Source of the DNA: Octopus sinensis
Lineage: Eukaryota
DNA length: 64,000 nt
Assembly: GCF_006345805.1 (NCBI RefSeq)
Contig: NC_043001.1
Location: 68,076,001 to 68,140,000, forward strand
Direction of reading: 5' to 3'
This document shows, in pieces, positions 39,756-55,169 of the stretch (position 1 is its first letter; the number at the start of each line of letters is the position of its first letter). Made by a program: the position numbers and the translations under genes. The notes under the pieces were generated by a model. That model was given only the letters and a program-made list of their open reading frames with translations. It made no database searches and was not told the origin of the DNA.

Positions 39756-42067
39756 TATTTCATAAATTGGCTATGGAAGCCGAACATAGATGGGACAAAC
39801 AAGGACAGACAGATATAGCGGGTGAAGAAGTTGCTTATTACAAATGAAACAGTTTCGAATGATAAAATATAAATGTCATGCTGTTAAAAATTAGGTCTTT
39901 TTTTCCTTTTAAAAATTTCTATATAAACTTGATGACCATTGCAAATTTTGCAATGTGTGACTGAAGGAAAGGCGTCCAACAGCCAGCTTCGAACCTTTAC
40001 TTTTCCTTCTGGCCCCACTTACCTGGTTCCAGTAAGTCGCAGCTTGTTCACTACCAGCTTCTCCAGCCTGATCTTGCTATCGAGGTGGTAACTAAAGAAG
40101 ATAACTAGCCTCTGGTCGGAGACGAAGCTACCCGTCACTATGACTCTTACATGTGTCTTCCATACTGTTTCTTTCAGTATGGCTACTTCACAGAAAAAAC
40201 AAGCCTTTCTTTCCCTGTTAAGGGAAGAAGGCGACACAATTTTGATAATAGACTCAACCGATATCTGTACTCTACTCATCGTTGACAACAATTGCTCGAC
40301 AAAAGCTATCAGTCCCGATAATTCCGGACACTTCAGTTTCTCTGTCCCGCCCGCACCACGGGCATGTTGGCGAGACGGCACTTCCGTGCCTTGAAAGCTT
40401 GTCTCGAACAGGCAAAGCCGAACGGTAGCACTGCCAAGCCAGGGATCACTGGTAATTATCCAGATGCCCCAGCCCGAAAGTCCTCCTGAACAGGTTTATC
40501 AACTTATTTCCATCGAAGCCCAGGGTCTCCCCCAGGACATCGTCTGACATAAATTCCACTAACCCGCTATAGAAATCCGCATCGAAACTCCTGTTGCTAA
40601 TATTTCCCGCCCAAGAGAGTACTGGAGTCCTATCAGGCAGAATCCCCCAGCTTAGGTCTTCGTTTGAACCATGGCCCAGTGTCCGTTAAGGACGTCAACT
40701 GTAGAAGGTAGAACCCTACGTGTAGTGACCACATCTGCTCTCCATCAAGGTAAAGCCAGAGGCGCCTCAACCTTAACGCGAATTTTCGCATCCTCAGCCA
40801 AGGCATCCCTAGCCCACCCTTTAGCAGTTTTTGGCAGCAGACAGAGCGCTTCACAAGTGACTTTCCTTCCTTTCACAAAAAGCGAAAAAGGATTCTTTCC
40901 AACTTGTTCAACCACAAATCGGGGCAAGGCACAACGGTCCTAATTAGTTTGGCAGAATCCCCACTTCTTTCATCTCAAGGGATTGACAGCGTGCTCGAGG
41001 GCCATCTCTATTGTTCTGAATCTGGCTTCTATTGTACCAAATTTTCTTCCTCTTGTTATATAGCTAATATCTTTTCATACGGATGCCAGGCATTTTCCAA
41101 TTTTATTTTGTTCCATATGCTTCATTCTTTTTTCTTCTGGGCAGAACCCTTTGAATATAATTGTTTTTTGTTTGATCTCTTCTGTTGTGTTGTTGGGAGG
41201 TGATATTTTTACTTCACCCTCCTCCTCCGTCATTTTTAAAAAACATTTCCTGGAGTATCCCCACTGGGACCTCCAGACTTTCCATTTGTACAGCGGCGAC
41301 TACCGCAAAGCCTTCGGAGACTTGTTTTGGAGGTTCGTTAGCCTCCAAAGCCTCGCACTTTTATAAGAGACCATTTTTCTCTTATTATATCCACCGACAT
41401 TTCGGTCGAGATAAATTAGAAAACGCACGAACACAGTTCCAAGAGTTTTTTTGTTTTGTTTTTTTTGCAATCAAATAAATTTAAATCCCAGCTGCTGTCA
41501 GGGGAGGGGCATAGTTCAATGAAGCCACAAAACGGCTGAAAAACAGTTCTTTTTTCCCAAAGGAAAAGTTATAGGATTCCGTTCCTTTCCTTTTCTGTTA
41601 AAAAAAAATTACTTCCACTCAAGAGGAACAACAGTTCAATCTCACCCTCGTCGGTGGTCAAATAAAGAGCCTAAAACGACTGAAATAAGTTTTTTATCGA
41701 AATTGTAGGTTTCCTCAGTTCAAAAAATAAATTCCTCACAGCAGGAACAACAGTTCAAATACTAACCCCGTTTGGGGGTGGGGTGCAGTTCAACAATGCT
41801 TACAAAGGCTAAATTTTAAAAAATGCAGTCTGTTGAAGAATCCAATCGAATAAACAATTGCTAAATGGCCACAGAATTTTCACTATTCCCCGGAATACCG
41901 GGAAATATTATTGTCCAACACAGCCTGCAAACAGGCAACAGTTCACAATAACAATTTTCTATGAATTTTCAATAACAGTTTACAATAAATAACAGTTTTA
42001 ACAATAAAAAAATGACAACTCACAGAGCGCAAAAAGAAAAAAAAACACGACCGAAGTCTTCAACCAG
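39756..42067 (-). mobile_element. Internally deleted Tx1-like LINE (5' UTR, ORF1 N-terminus, ORF2 C-terminus, 3' UTR)
   Basis: ORF1 remnant KTIIFKGF...DISYITRGRKFGTIEARF (about 41280-40950) fused to TVVPCPDLWLNKLERI and the downstream ORF2; bounded by TSD copies. Confidence 0.9.
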
Positions 42068-42080
42068 AAGCAAGCTTCTT

Positions 42081-43080
42081 TATTCATGAAATTGACCATG
42101 AAGGCCGTACATAGAAGGGACAGCACAAGGTGAGGATAAAAAAAAAACGAAACGAATGGAAAAGATGAATTGAATATAATGAAAAAATGGAATGAAGCCG
42201 TTCGGCCCCACCTTCGAGCGACTTCATTGAACCTGTTAATACAAGCTCATTTTTTAATTTAAACTACCATGGATAATGCCTTTGTGACAGCTAGTTTCCC
42301 CTTTTTTGGAAAATGTCTATGTCAAGTTCCTTTAAAATGTAAGCATAACTTACCCTTTTAGGTATTTTGCTGGGTTAATCTGTACCACCATGTCCAGGCT
42401 CTGCCCTTGCCAGTTTCCATGCCTAGCAGTATGGCAGCCACCACCAGCCAGGCTACATTTACTTCTGGGGATATGTCTTCTACCCTAACCCTGGAAGCAC
42501 GTCTCCCAACGTATACAGGTAAAAGCCCCACTTCTTCAGTTTTTAATGGTGTGGCTGATTGCAGTCTGGCGGTAGCTATCTCCCGAAACTGCACTTCCAC
42601 CGTTCCGTACTTTCTTCCCCTGGCAAGGTAGGATATCTCTTGCCAGACTGGCATCAATGCCTTTTCAACTTGTGCCTCCGACACCACTTCTATTTTTCTT
42701 GTTGCCACCGTGTATGTCCTGTAAACGATCGTTCTCTCTTCCTTATCCTTTAACACTTCTTTGGTGGGGAATACATTCACGTTGTTCCCCCGTCCCTTTT
42801 AAGTATTTCCTTGAACTTGCTCAGCTCTTCCAGACTTATGCCTTCAATTTCTCTCTTTGCCGCTGCAGCGTAATTCCTTGTTTCTATTACTGTTCAAACA
42901 TTTCACCACTTCTTCCTCAGACAACACAAATTCTGAAGAAGAATAACTTAAATCCTCACCACTCATCACACGATGCCCCTCCATTAAACAAGAGGGAAAA
43001 CGTCTCACCGCCAAGACAACCAAAAAGCATGTGTGTTAGTCACAAAGACAGTAATTGAACTAAACAAAACGCTATACCGG
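42081..43080 (-). mobile_element. Second internally deleted Tx1-like LINE (1000 bp)
   Basis: ORF1 N-terminus EERTIVYRTY...EISYLARGRKYGTVEVQF (42358-42780), homologous to the neighbour's ORF1. 3' end similar to 39756-39830; bounded by TSD copies. Confidence 0.85.
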
Positions 43081-43749
43081 AAGCAAGCTTCTTACTACAC
43101 AGCTACACCTGCGCCTATTTTTCTGATGTTCTTAAAAATTTGCATGGATTTCTCAGTTGTGGCTGAAAGAGGTAGTGTACGCGCCACTGGTCGATCAGAA
43201 GAACTCTTAGGTAAAATTTTATATTAGAACACCTCATTGCATGTGCCGTTCGTTTTCATTTATTGGCCCAACACATGTCACAAATTTTGGACATGAAACC
43301 AAATGAAACTAATTTTTCAGAAGCATAAATCTTGTCCATGGCCATTCCTGAAGGTACCTCTATTCCACAGCTCATGTGTATGGCCAGGTTATAGCCTCTG
43401 GGTATATATTAGCAGTAGAGGCAATAGTAATACCGAGATATAATATTTATCCCCACTTAAACATGGATGTTCTATTAGTACAAACTATACTGCGGTAGTT
43501 ACCATAAGCGAAAGTCCATATTGACTTTCTGATGTAAAATGCACTCTTCTTTTCATCGCTAGCGGGGAAATAAATCCGAGCGACCTCCAGCGCCGAGACT
43601 ACCTGATCACATGATTTCAACCTTGTTTGGTCTTTTCAATGATGGACACTCGACCGCTATAGGCAGCAGGGATTCATTTTCCTGCCAGTGATATGGCAAA
43701 GTCAGAACAGGCACTGGTGTCGCGATTAGCCAGTTAGCTTGTTAATATA

Positions 43750-43828
<79 letters not shown>

Positions 43829-43829
43829 T

Positions 43830-45620
<1,791 letters not shown>

Positions 45621-45659
45621 ATATATATTCAAGAGAAAAACAGAAATATAGCGATAAAA

Positions 45660-45690
<31 letters not shown>

Positions 45691-45691
<1 letters not shown>

Positions 45692-47661
45692 GTTTCTTTA
45701 TTGGCCACACAGGGCTGCACACAGATGGGACAAGTTACAAGGTAGAGCTTTTCTTTTGGGGGATGAAGAGAACAAAAAACAAAAGAAAAAAGGGGGTGGT
45801 GTAGGTTTTCGATCAAGAGGGATCGTAAAAGGGAAGAAAAGAACAAAAAAAATTTGAATAAAATAAAAGGAATAAAAAGAAAAAAAAGAAAAGGAAAAGG
45901 AACAAAAGGAAAGAGAAATGAAAAAAGAAGAAAAAAGGGGAAAAAAGGGGGAAGAGGAAAAAAAAACGATCAATAGGGATCGTGTATCACAGTGTTATGA
46001 TATATGGTGTAAAGGGGAAAGCAAGTAAGGTTTATCCGTGGGCAGAAAAGCCTACGAAAAAGACCACGGTAACCTTGGTCAATATTGTTATATGTTACCA
46101 CATTTGTTTGCAAGTGGGTAACCCTCTGTTTTCAATTTCTGGGTTCATAGGATTATGCTCAAGGTGGCTTCGTCATTCATACGTGCCATCCTTGCTACAT
46201 TCACCCATCTTTTTTTAAAACATTCGCTAGACAAAATGTGCCTCTCTACTCTCACTTTCCTTTTCAAGTGGTACTTGAAGAAGTTGATGAGAGATTGACC
46301 AGAGAGGAAAGTATTTGTCTCCAATCCTTTCAGACGCGTCCACCAGATACATTCTTTCGCCATAGCCACAAGGATGATGAAAATAGCTCTTCCTTCCCGT
46401 TTGAAGGAAGGAGGCGTGACAATATTGACGATAGACTCAGCTGATAAACCGACTCGTCCCACACGTGACAGCAGTTGTTCGACATAAGCCCACAGGTCGG
46501 AATTGTTGGACACTGCACGAGTGCGTGCAGAACGGTTTCGTCGCTCTGACCGCATCTCGGGCAGGTCGGCCCCGTGTTTCTCGAGCCGTGTCTGTAGAGC
46601 TTATCCCGAACGGGTAGCGCTTCTCGGTAGCACTGCCAGGCCAGGGATCTCTGGAAGTTGTCCATGGGCCCTGGCCCGAAAGTCGTCCTGAACAGGCGGG
46701 TCAGGTACTCCTCGTCGACGTCCAGGTTCGCCCCGAGCTCGTCGTCGTACCTCCCCTCCACTAATCCCCTATAGAATGCTTTGGTTGTGTTGAAGTCACT
46801 CAAGGTCGACGCGGGATGGCAGAGTTGCTTGAGAGCAACGCGACACTCGCGGTGCCAATCGCCCTTCCTCGGCCTCTTTTTGATCCACGACTGCAGTTCG
46901 GTCATGGAGACGAGCTGCGGGAAAGCGTGCCTCACAAACGGCGACCACACCTGTTCACCGTCGTCTACATAGAGCCAGAGATGTCGCAGTCTCAGCGCGT
47001 GTCTGCGCATCATCAACCACGGCATGCCCAGGTCTCCTTTTAACGGGTGTTGACAGCAAATGGATCGCCTGACCATCGGGACGCATCCTTTCCACAAGAA
47101 GCGAAAGAGAATGCGTTGTAGTTTGGTGATGGTAGGGTCGGGACAAGGTACGACGGTCAGGCGGTAGTAGATGACGGACGCGATGCACGTGTTCGCCACC
47201 TCCGCCCGACCTTTTAGGGACAGTTTCCTCTCGGCCCATTGCCGGGCGAGAGTGACCACCCTACTCGTTATCTCGTTCCAGTTCTTCTCCACTTGGAGGT
47301 CCGGACCAAACCAGACCCCGAGCAACTCAACCGGGCCGTCGGTCCAGCGTCCCACGACGGAGGCGCTGGTGGACGGCATGGGCTTGCTTCTCCAGGTGCC
47401 TAGTCGCAAGCCCACTGACTTTTCCCGGTTGATTTTCGCTCCTGTCACCGCTTCGTAGTTTTTCAGTGTCTCACCGACCTGCTCGATGTGCTCGTGGCTA
47501 GACACTATGACGGTGACGTCGTCCGCGTATGCAGACACGCTCGTCCCGCATCCCAGTTCTCGCGGGATGCCCCTCAAAGTTGCCAGCTTCCGCAATAATG
47601 GCTCGAGAGTCAATACGTATAGAAGCGACGAGAGGGGGCATCCCTGACGGACCGAACGTGC
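45691..47661 (-). mobile_element. 5'-truncated Tx1-like LINE (lineage 2) flanked by (GATA)n on both sides
   Basis: SVRQGCPLSSLLYVL, AYADDV, CPRC...ETVLHALVQC zinc finger, 3' end gtgtggccaataaagaaact. (GATA)n at 45660-45690 and 47662-47773. Confidence 0.95.
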
Positions 47662-47774
<113 letters not shown>

Positions 47775-48361
47775 GGAGATTGTGCGCGCGCGTGTGTGTG
47801 TGTGGGTGTGTGTGTGAGAGAGAGGGATAGAATGAGAGAGAAAGTGAGAGAGGGAGAAAGGAAATGAAATAGAATGAGAAATAGGAAGAGAAGTAAAACA
47901 GAGAGTCTGAAACGAAGCGATACTGGAGGGGGAACAAACAAATGTCTCATATAAATAGAGAGCAGGAGGAAGATCTGACACACAGAATTTTAACTATACG
48001 TATTAGATATTAGATAGAGGTATATACTTATGTACAGGAATATATACTTATGCGTATGCACATGTATATACATAAATATGTGTATGCGTGTGTGTATATA
48101 TACACTGTAACGTATTGATACCTGGACATACTTGTTACATTCTATATCTATCTATCTATCTATCTATCTATCTTCCGGGGATATTTTTCATTGCTCTTCG
48201 ATTTAAAATTTAAACAGCTAATGCTGCCATGACAGGTCTAACAGTGATTATCTCCCTTGCGTTAAAAAGCCGTTGGGGTATGCCACACACACACACACAC
48301 ACACATATATAGTTGAAAAATATCTTTATAGGTATAAATATACCATAAACAATTATATAAA

Positions 48362-49071
48362 AATGGACGAGAAATAGATGTTGCATTAAAATTAGATTTA
48401 ATACAAATTTGGATTCATGGATTCATTACATACGCGCGTTCAAAGGACAATACAAATATGTAAGAAAAAATTATAATCATAGTAAGTATAATTAAATTTA
48501 TGCATTGTCATTCTCATCAGTGTGAAGAATTTTTGGAAGAACATCAAAAAAGGTTTAATAAAATAAAGTAAATTAACAAAAGATACAATAAGGGAGAATA
48601 TAAATGAAGTAATAGGGAAAAATTGGATATTTACAAGCAAGTTGTAAAAGGGAAAAAATAACAGTAATAATAATAGTGAGAGAGACGAAAGAGAAAAAAG
48701 ACAGACATATCAATGTGTATGCACGTCTATATGTGCAGTAAACTATAACATAAAAATAAGAATAAAAATCTAACGGATATGTTTTAAAAAAGGGTAACTG
48801 GTCGAGACGGAGTATAATGTAAACAGGGCCACGTGTGTATAGTAGAATATAACGTAACAGGTGTACTAGCAGAAAAACCATAGAGAGTTATACATATGCA
48901 TATCAATATTGGAAAACGAAAAAAAAATATATATGTTACACGAGGCTAAAAGTGATAGACAAGGCTATGATTTTTCTTACATATTTGTATTGTTCTTTGA
49001 AACGTGCGTATGTAATGAATCCAAATTTCTATTAAATCTAATTTTGATGCAACATCTTTTTCTCCTCCATT
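48362..49071. repeat. Inverted Penelope-like terminal repeats (about 105-bp arms) with decayed long-helix-II hammerhead motifs
   Basis: 48362-48470 vs 48971-49071. Minus copy CTGATGA..gacaatgca/tgtattgtc..GAAC gcgc GTA; plus copy GAAAC gtgc GTA. Confidence 0.6.
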
Positions 49072-49299
49072 CTTATGTAATTGTTTATGATATATTTAAA
49101 CCCATAACGATATTTTTCAACGACTATTTTCATATTCTTATTACTTGCTCTGGTTGTTTTTTTTATGAATACGATTCCTAGTTTGCATTAAGAATCATTC
49201 TTTCTCTCTTTTTGGACCTCTTAAAAAGTTTGAATTGTTCTATTTTGAACTTATTTCCCCATCCATATATATATAATAGATGTATAAGGAGGGATTAAG

Positions 49300-49451
49300 A
49301 CGATCAAATCGAATCCAGTGCTCAACTGGTACTTATTTTTTCGACCCCGGCAGTTTGAAATGCAAGATCGACTGCGGTTACGTAAATAAGAACGAAATAC
49401 CGCTAAGAATTTTTCTCGGCATGTTCACGATTCTGCCAGCTCGCCGCCTAA
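49300..49451 (-). mobile_element. Diverged SINE C
   Basis: Head aggcggcgagctggcagaatcg and core ggggtcgaaaaaataagtaccagttgagcactgg. Confidence 0.75.
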
Positions 49452-50019
49452 TATCTACACTTTTATATTGGTTTCACGGCACATTCAGCAGATTTTGCGA
49501 CGGGAGCCTTTACATAGTCGTTCGATTTACAAGAAATAAGAAACAAATTCGCTTTATGGAAAAGTAGAGAACAAGTGGAAATAATGTAAAACTAGATAAA
49601 CTCTATCCAAGAAAAATGCAATTTACCACACACAAACACACACATACACACACACATGCATGCACACACACCACGCACACACACAAAATACACTCATATG
49701 CACACACACAATATACCCACACGCAATCACATACTCATATGCAGGTACTCATACACATATACACACAAACATATAAATATATCCACAAACACATACATAC
49801 AGAAACACTCATGTATGAAAGAGAAACTGGGATAAGTGATTGACAAATTCGTTAGTTTTAAACTAATAGATATATTCTGACACATGTGTTGCAGACATTT
49901 TCTTTTTTTGTATATCTAACTTTGAAGTGCCTTAGGTTGGCAGTAGTACAATGAACGAGCACAGTAAATTATTACAAGAAAAATGATACTATAACAAACA
50001 ATTTTCATTGCATATATGT

Positions 50020-50290
50020 GAACAGGATAAAGATACCGTTTTTGTGGGGCGTGGGTCAGGATATCATTGTTTGTGACCCGGTCAATCTACTTGATGTCCA
50101 GGATGCATTTCAGGATGTTACGGTTTCGTCATTCACCGACAGTTTCCCCTTTTTCGTAGCGCTGTCAAACAGCCTTATTGGTGTTACCAAGACGTGCCTT
50201 GATTATTTTTATCTACCTGTCAGCAAGCTTATTCTCATCTCTGTACCCATGCAGTAGCCAACATTCCAGCCACTCCACGATTGCTTTGAT
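50020..50290 (-). mobile_element. RTE ORF2 C-terminal remnant
   Basis: ILKCILDIK*IDRVTNNDILTHA resembles RRILNIKWQDRVTN. Confidence 0.65.
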
Positions 50291-50316
50291 TTTTTGTTTG
50301 ATATGTGTGTATGTCC

Positions 50317-50427
<111 letters not shown>

Positions 50428-50531
50428 GGTACTTTTTGGTTATCTCGCCCCTATTAAAAAATTGCCATTAAAAGTACCGATATTTCTCGTAAAACGGGTA
50501 GACAACCCTGAGATAACTAAAAATACCTATA

Positions 50532-50627
<96 letters not shown>

Positions 50628-50639
50628 AAAAAGTGAAAA

Positions 50640-53375
50640 AACTACAGAAGGCTTAAAGGTTAAAAAATATATATTTGCGTCAATATGTCTGAAGAATATT
50701 AAAAAAAAATTTTTCTTACAATGACATAGTTTAGAAGAAAGACCGGTTTCGCGTTTAGCTTTTCAAATTTCTTACGACGTTATGTTTATGTTGAATAGAG
50801 TTATCGTTATGTTTATGTTTAAAAGATTTCTAAATGAGGGGAGGATGTAATGAGTGATTTTCCGGTGTAAGGGAGATAATCGCTTAAATTTTTTTCCTTT
50901 CCCTTGGTGTGAATTTCTCTGTATCAGTATGTTGGCATGGTTAAGTCTGGGCTTGTACTTTTCAATGAAGAATGTTTCCTTGTTTAGTCTAATTTGTTGA
51001 TGATCCGATAGCCACATTGGTAAAATGAAAGATTAAAAATTGTGGTAGTAGTGCTTTGCGCATTTCTCAATGTGCTCACTAAAAGGTATCATTCTGTATT
51101 CTGGGAATGCAATCTGTTGTCGATGCAGTGTGCATCTACGTCTGAGTGATAGTCCCGTGGATCCCACGTAGTGTTGGTGGCAGCCCGAGCATTTTATGAC
51201 ATAAATTATGTTTTCAGAGGCACAAGTAAAGTTAGATTTGATCTTGAATTTCTGTCCCTCTTTAAAGAGGAATTCTGATCTTTCTAGCAGGTTTGGACAT
51301 GTTGCACAGTTCGATCTACCACATTTTTTAACTTTTGCATCCGTAATTTCAGAAAGCAATTTTGCCTTTGTGAGAATCTTTTTAAGTGATTTAGGTTGTT
51401 TGTAGCTTTTAATGATTTGGTGTATGTTTAGAATTTCCTTTAATTTGGGGTCCTTATGAAGTATTGGTAAATTCTGGGTGATGATGGTGAAGGCTTCTTT
51501 GTTTCTGGGGTTGTATGTAGATATGTAAGGTAGTATTTTCGGGGAGGTGTGTTGTGTTGAACTTTTCTTAAAGTTTCTATGTTGATTTCTGTTGCACGTC
51601 TGATCCCATCCTCTATGAGTTGAGCTGGGTAATGTCTGTCAATTAGGGTTTTTTGAGTTCTGGCAGTCTAAAGTTCCTGGTATTTTGTTCTGACACTATT
51701 GTGCATATCCTTCTTGCAAGGTTGAAGGGGATGTTTGTTTTAGTGTGTCTTGGGTGGCATGAATTAAAAAGAAGGTATTGTTTGGCGTCTGTGGCTTTGT
51801 AAAAAATGTCTGTTTCTATTTTAAGGTTAATTTTTTTAATTAGTATATCCAAGAACGGGAGCTCCTTTTGGTTGTATTCCATTGTGAACTATATATTAGG
51901 GTTTATGCTGTTCAATAGGTTTATGCTGTTCAATAAAGATTCCTGGTAAATGATTATTTCCATGTAGCCCATTGTTAAGTTCGCAATGACTGGTGCTGCC
52001 CTTGTACCCATAGCAATTCCGGATTTTTGACGGTAAAATGTATTGTCAAACATGAAGTGGTTATTATGTAGGATGAATTCAATTGATTTAGTAATGAATT
52101 CTTTACTGATCCTTTTTGGTATTTCTTCCGGAAATTGGTCCAGCCAGAACTGTATTGCCTCTAGTCCATAATTATGAGGTATACTGGTATATAAGTTAAC
52201 TACATCAAATGAAACCAGGATTGTTTCTTCCTTGGCTTTTTTTGGAAGGTGGTTTAACATATCTAAGTCATCTCTGATATGGCTATCGATATGTTTAAGG
52301 AAGGGTTTCAGGAGGATGTCCATAAATAGACTTAGTCTGTGTGTTTTACAGGTTGGGCCAGCTACAATGGGTCGTAGTTTTAGGTCCCCCGGGTTAGGTG
52401 TGTGTATGTATGTCTTTGGGGATTTTTTAATGGTTTCATTTATAATTTGGCTTTTATGAATTTTTGGCAGACCATAGAAAATGCTAGGTTTGCATTTAAA
52501 GTTTGTTAGAAAGTCAATCTCTTTGGTTGTTAGTTCCTTTTCCTGGGTTTTAATTAGTGAAGATAGAGTTTTCATTATTTTTTGTGGGGTGTAGTTGGTA
52601 ATGTTTTCAAAATGTAGGTCGTCATCAAGCAAGGAAATTACAAGATTTCTATAGTATGATGTATCCATTATTACAACTGCGTTTCCCTTGTCTGCTTCCT
52701 TAATGGTTATATCCTCATCATTTTGAAGTTCTATCAGTTCCTTCCATTGTGTAGTGTTAAAATTTGAGTTACCTTTCTGTTTATGTATAGTATGGTAGGG
52801 AAAGTTCCCAATGTGGTTACAGAATTCATCAAGATCTTTATTTCTTCCTCTGTGTGGGATGTGTTCACTTTTGTTCTTGACTAGTGATTCACCTTCAGTA
52901 TTGAAACTGGTTGATGCTTCTGCTAGTCTTAATTTTCTGCAAAATTCTGTTATATTATCCTCGATTTCATTTAGGTTGGCTCTGCGTGGAGTTGGTGTAA
53001 ATTTGAGCCCTTTTGAGAGGATGTTAATTTTTATGTTAGAAAGAGGTTTGGTTGAAAGGTTGAAAGGTATATATTATAATTATGAGTATAATTATAATTA
53101 AAGTTCAGCAAAAGTTTGCTTCGCCTCATACCGAAATTTAGAAATAGTAGTTAAAAATAACTATTAAAAACTATGAAAACTAATAGTTAGTTTTAACTGC
53201 TATTTCTAAATTTCGCTATGTGGTGAACCAAATTTTTGCTGGACCTTAATTATAATTATACTCATAATTATAAAATTTTTGTGAAAGTTGACCGATAATG
53301 GTTCTTTTAACATACCGAACTACATGGTAAAATTATTAATTATTAATTAATAATTAATTAATTAATTTTACCCTT

Positions 53376-53385
<10 letters not shown>
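50640..53385 (-). mobile_element. Penelope-like element (RT + GIY-YIG endonuclease), disrupted
   Basis: LSKGLKFTPTP, EADKGNAVVIMD, FYGLPKIHK, LRPIV, SFDVVNLYTSIP, QKSGIAMGT, LPFLD, KCGRSNCATC, NIIYVIKCSGCHQHYVGST. Inverted pseudo-LTR at the 5' side. Confidence 0.95.
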
Positions 53386-53426
<41 letters not shown>

Positions 53427-53678
53427 ATAAACACGCACACCACAGTAACTATTAGGGTCTGAAGCAGCTGTAACGCATATTCATTAGCACATCAAACCTA
53501 CTGTGGATATGTTGTTTACAACACCTTAGACTGCTGTAAACGCTCATAAAAATAATTTCTCGTGGTCAACTAAGGTAAAATAACAACGAAATTCTATTCA
53601 ATAGTGTACATACATACATGCATACATAAATACATACATACATGCATACATGCATGTATACATACATACATACATACA

Positions 53679-53709
<31 letters not shown>

Positions 53710-54017
53710 GCATATATACAGATACAGACGCAAACTCATGTGCTGTTAAGGATACACATCACAAGGAGACAGAATGGACTAAACAAAACAGGAGGAAACA
53801 TGTGGATGGAAGAGGTGCTGAAGAGGTCACAGATGTGTGACGAAAGATTTCCAGACAATGGACATAAGATAAAATAATAACAATCAACGAGTGAAGAACG
53901 AATATATAGTGCGTGTGTTTATTTGGCAAGAAAAAAATGACCGTCCCGAAATATAACAATGTAACAATATGTATATACATATATATATATATATTTTGTT
54001 TTGTTTTTGTTTTTGTT

Positions 54018-54206
54018 TTTCCAGTTTCAGCTCTTGAGCTGTGGCCATGCTGGGGCACCGCCATTGTGGTGAAAGAGTACAGCAGGGATCACCACCCCCT
54101 GCCGGAGCCTCGTAGAGCTTTTAGGTGTTTTCGCTCAATAAACACACACAACGCCCAGTCTGAGAATCGAAACCGCGATCCTGCGACCACTAGGCCATTG
54201 CGCCTC

Positions 54207-54212
<6 letters not shown>
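54018..54212 (-). mobile_element. SINE B head joined to SINE A-type tail
   Basis: Head gaggcgcaatggcctagtgg..., then ggcggtgccccagcatggccacagc...ctgaaactgg. Confidence 0.8.
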
Positions 54213-54255
<43 letters not shown>

Positions 54256-54257
<2 letters not shown>

Positions 54258-54510
54258 CGGGAAGCTTTATGAAAATAAACAAAAGACGAAGGCAGGTGGA
54301 AGACAAACGAACAATTGTATTAGTATGGCGCTCAGGAAATATAAATAAAACAAGTCTTTAACGTTTCGAGCCTACGCTCTTCAACAGAAAGATACACAGA
54401 GAGAGAAAAACACAGAAAGAAGGAGAGAAAAAAAATGCGTGCAGTAGCTAACGAATCAACATGGCGATCTGATTTCGGCCAGAGGTCAAAGATCAAACAT
54501 GTATATATAT
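54256..54510 (-). mobile_element. Penelope-like terminal repeat with near-intact minimal hammerhead (54355-54392)
   Basis: tcttt CTGTTGA a gagc-gtag-gctc GAAAC GTT aaaga (one core substitution). Confidence 0.6.
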
Positions 54511-54527
54511 GTATATGTGTGTGTGTG

Positions 54528-55125
54528 TATACACCCAGAATCACGCCAATGGATTAAGAGTGATATTTAGGATTTCTCGGTTTTCTGAGAATCGATTTTG
54601 ATAAAACCTTACCCAGCTGGTTTGCACACTATGGCAACAAAATTGTTATGTTTCCATTATTCTGTGTAACATGCTTTCTTCTTTATTTCAAATACTTCAG
54701 TTTTTGGATGAACCACGCTAATAGCGTCTCTCTTCTCTAAGAACGATGGGTCGTGGGAAAGGCCTTAACGATGAAGAAAATCCCTCATCATCAAAGAAAG
54801 TACTAAAGGCATATCTCTTTATGTCATTGCGGAGAAGTTATGTCATCATGTGGAGACGGTTAGACGATTTCTGAAGGACCCTTCGCCAAGGAAGAAACGA
54901 TCCGTTTGTGGGTCCTCCATGACTTTGGCAGCTAGCGATTAAAAGAATATTGGCTGCAAGTTACGTGGGAAACCTGGACAAACAAGCAAAGCCATTTTCA
55001 CCGCCTCCGGACTGCCACATGTACTGAAAACCACCATAAATGGCATGCTCGGAACCATGGCTTCCGTGCAAGAACCCCTGAAACTGTCCCCTTTAACACC
55101 CTGTCACATATGCATATATGGGTAC
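54528..55125 (+). mobile_element. Tc1-like transposon 5' fragment
   Basis: MGRGK..IIKESTKGISLYVIAEKLCHHVETVRRFLKDP...GQTSKAIF..SGLP resembles a Tc1 DNA-binding N-terminus. Confidence 0.7.
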
Positions 55126-55169
55126 GGGACGTCACCAACAGTAAACAACATGAAATACGAAAATAAATT

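Noticed and set aside
50018-50257. 79-aa plus-strand ORF in GC-richer sequence
   Set aside because: It is the antisense of an RTE remnant.
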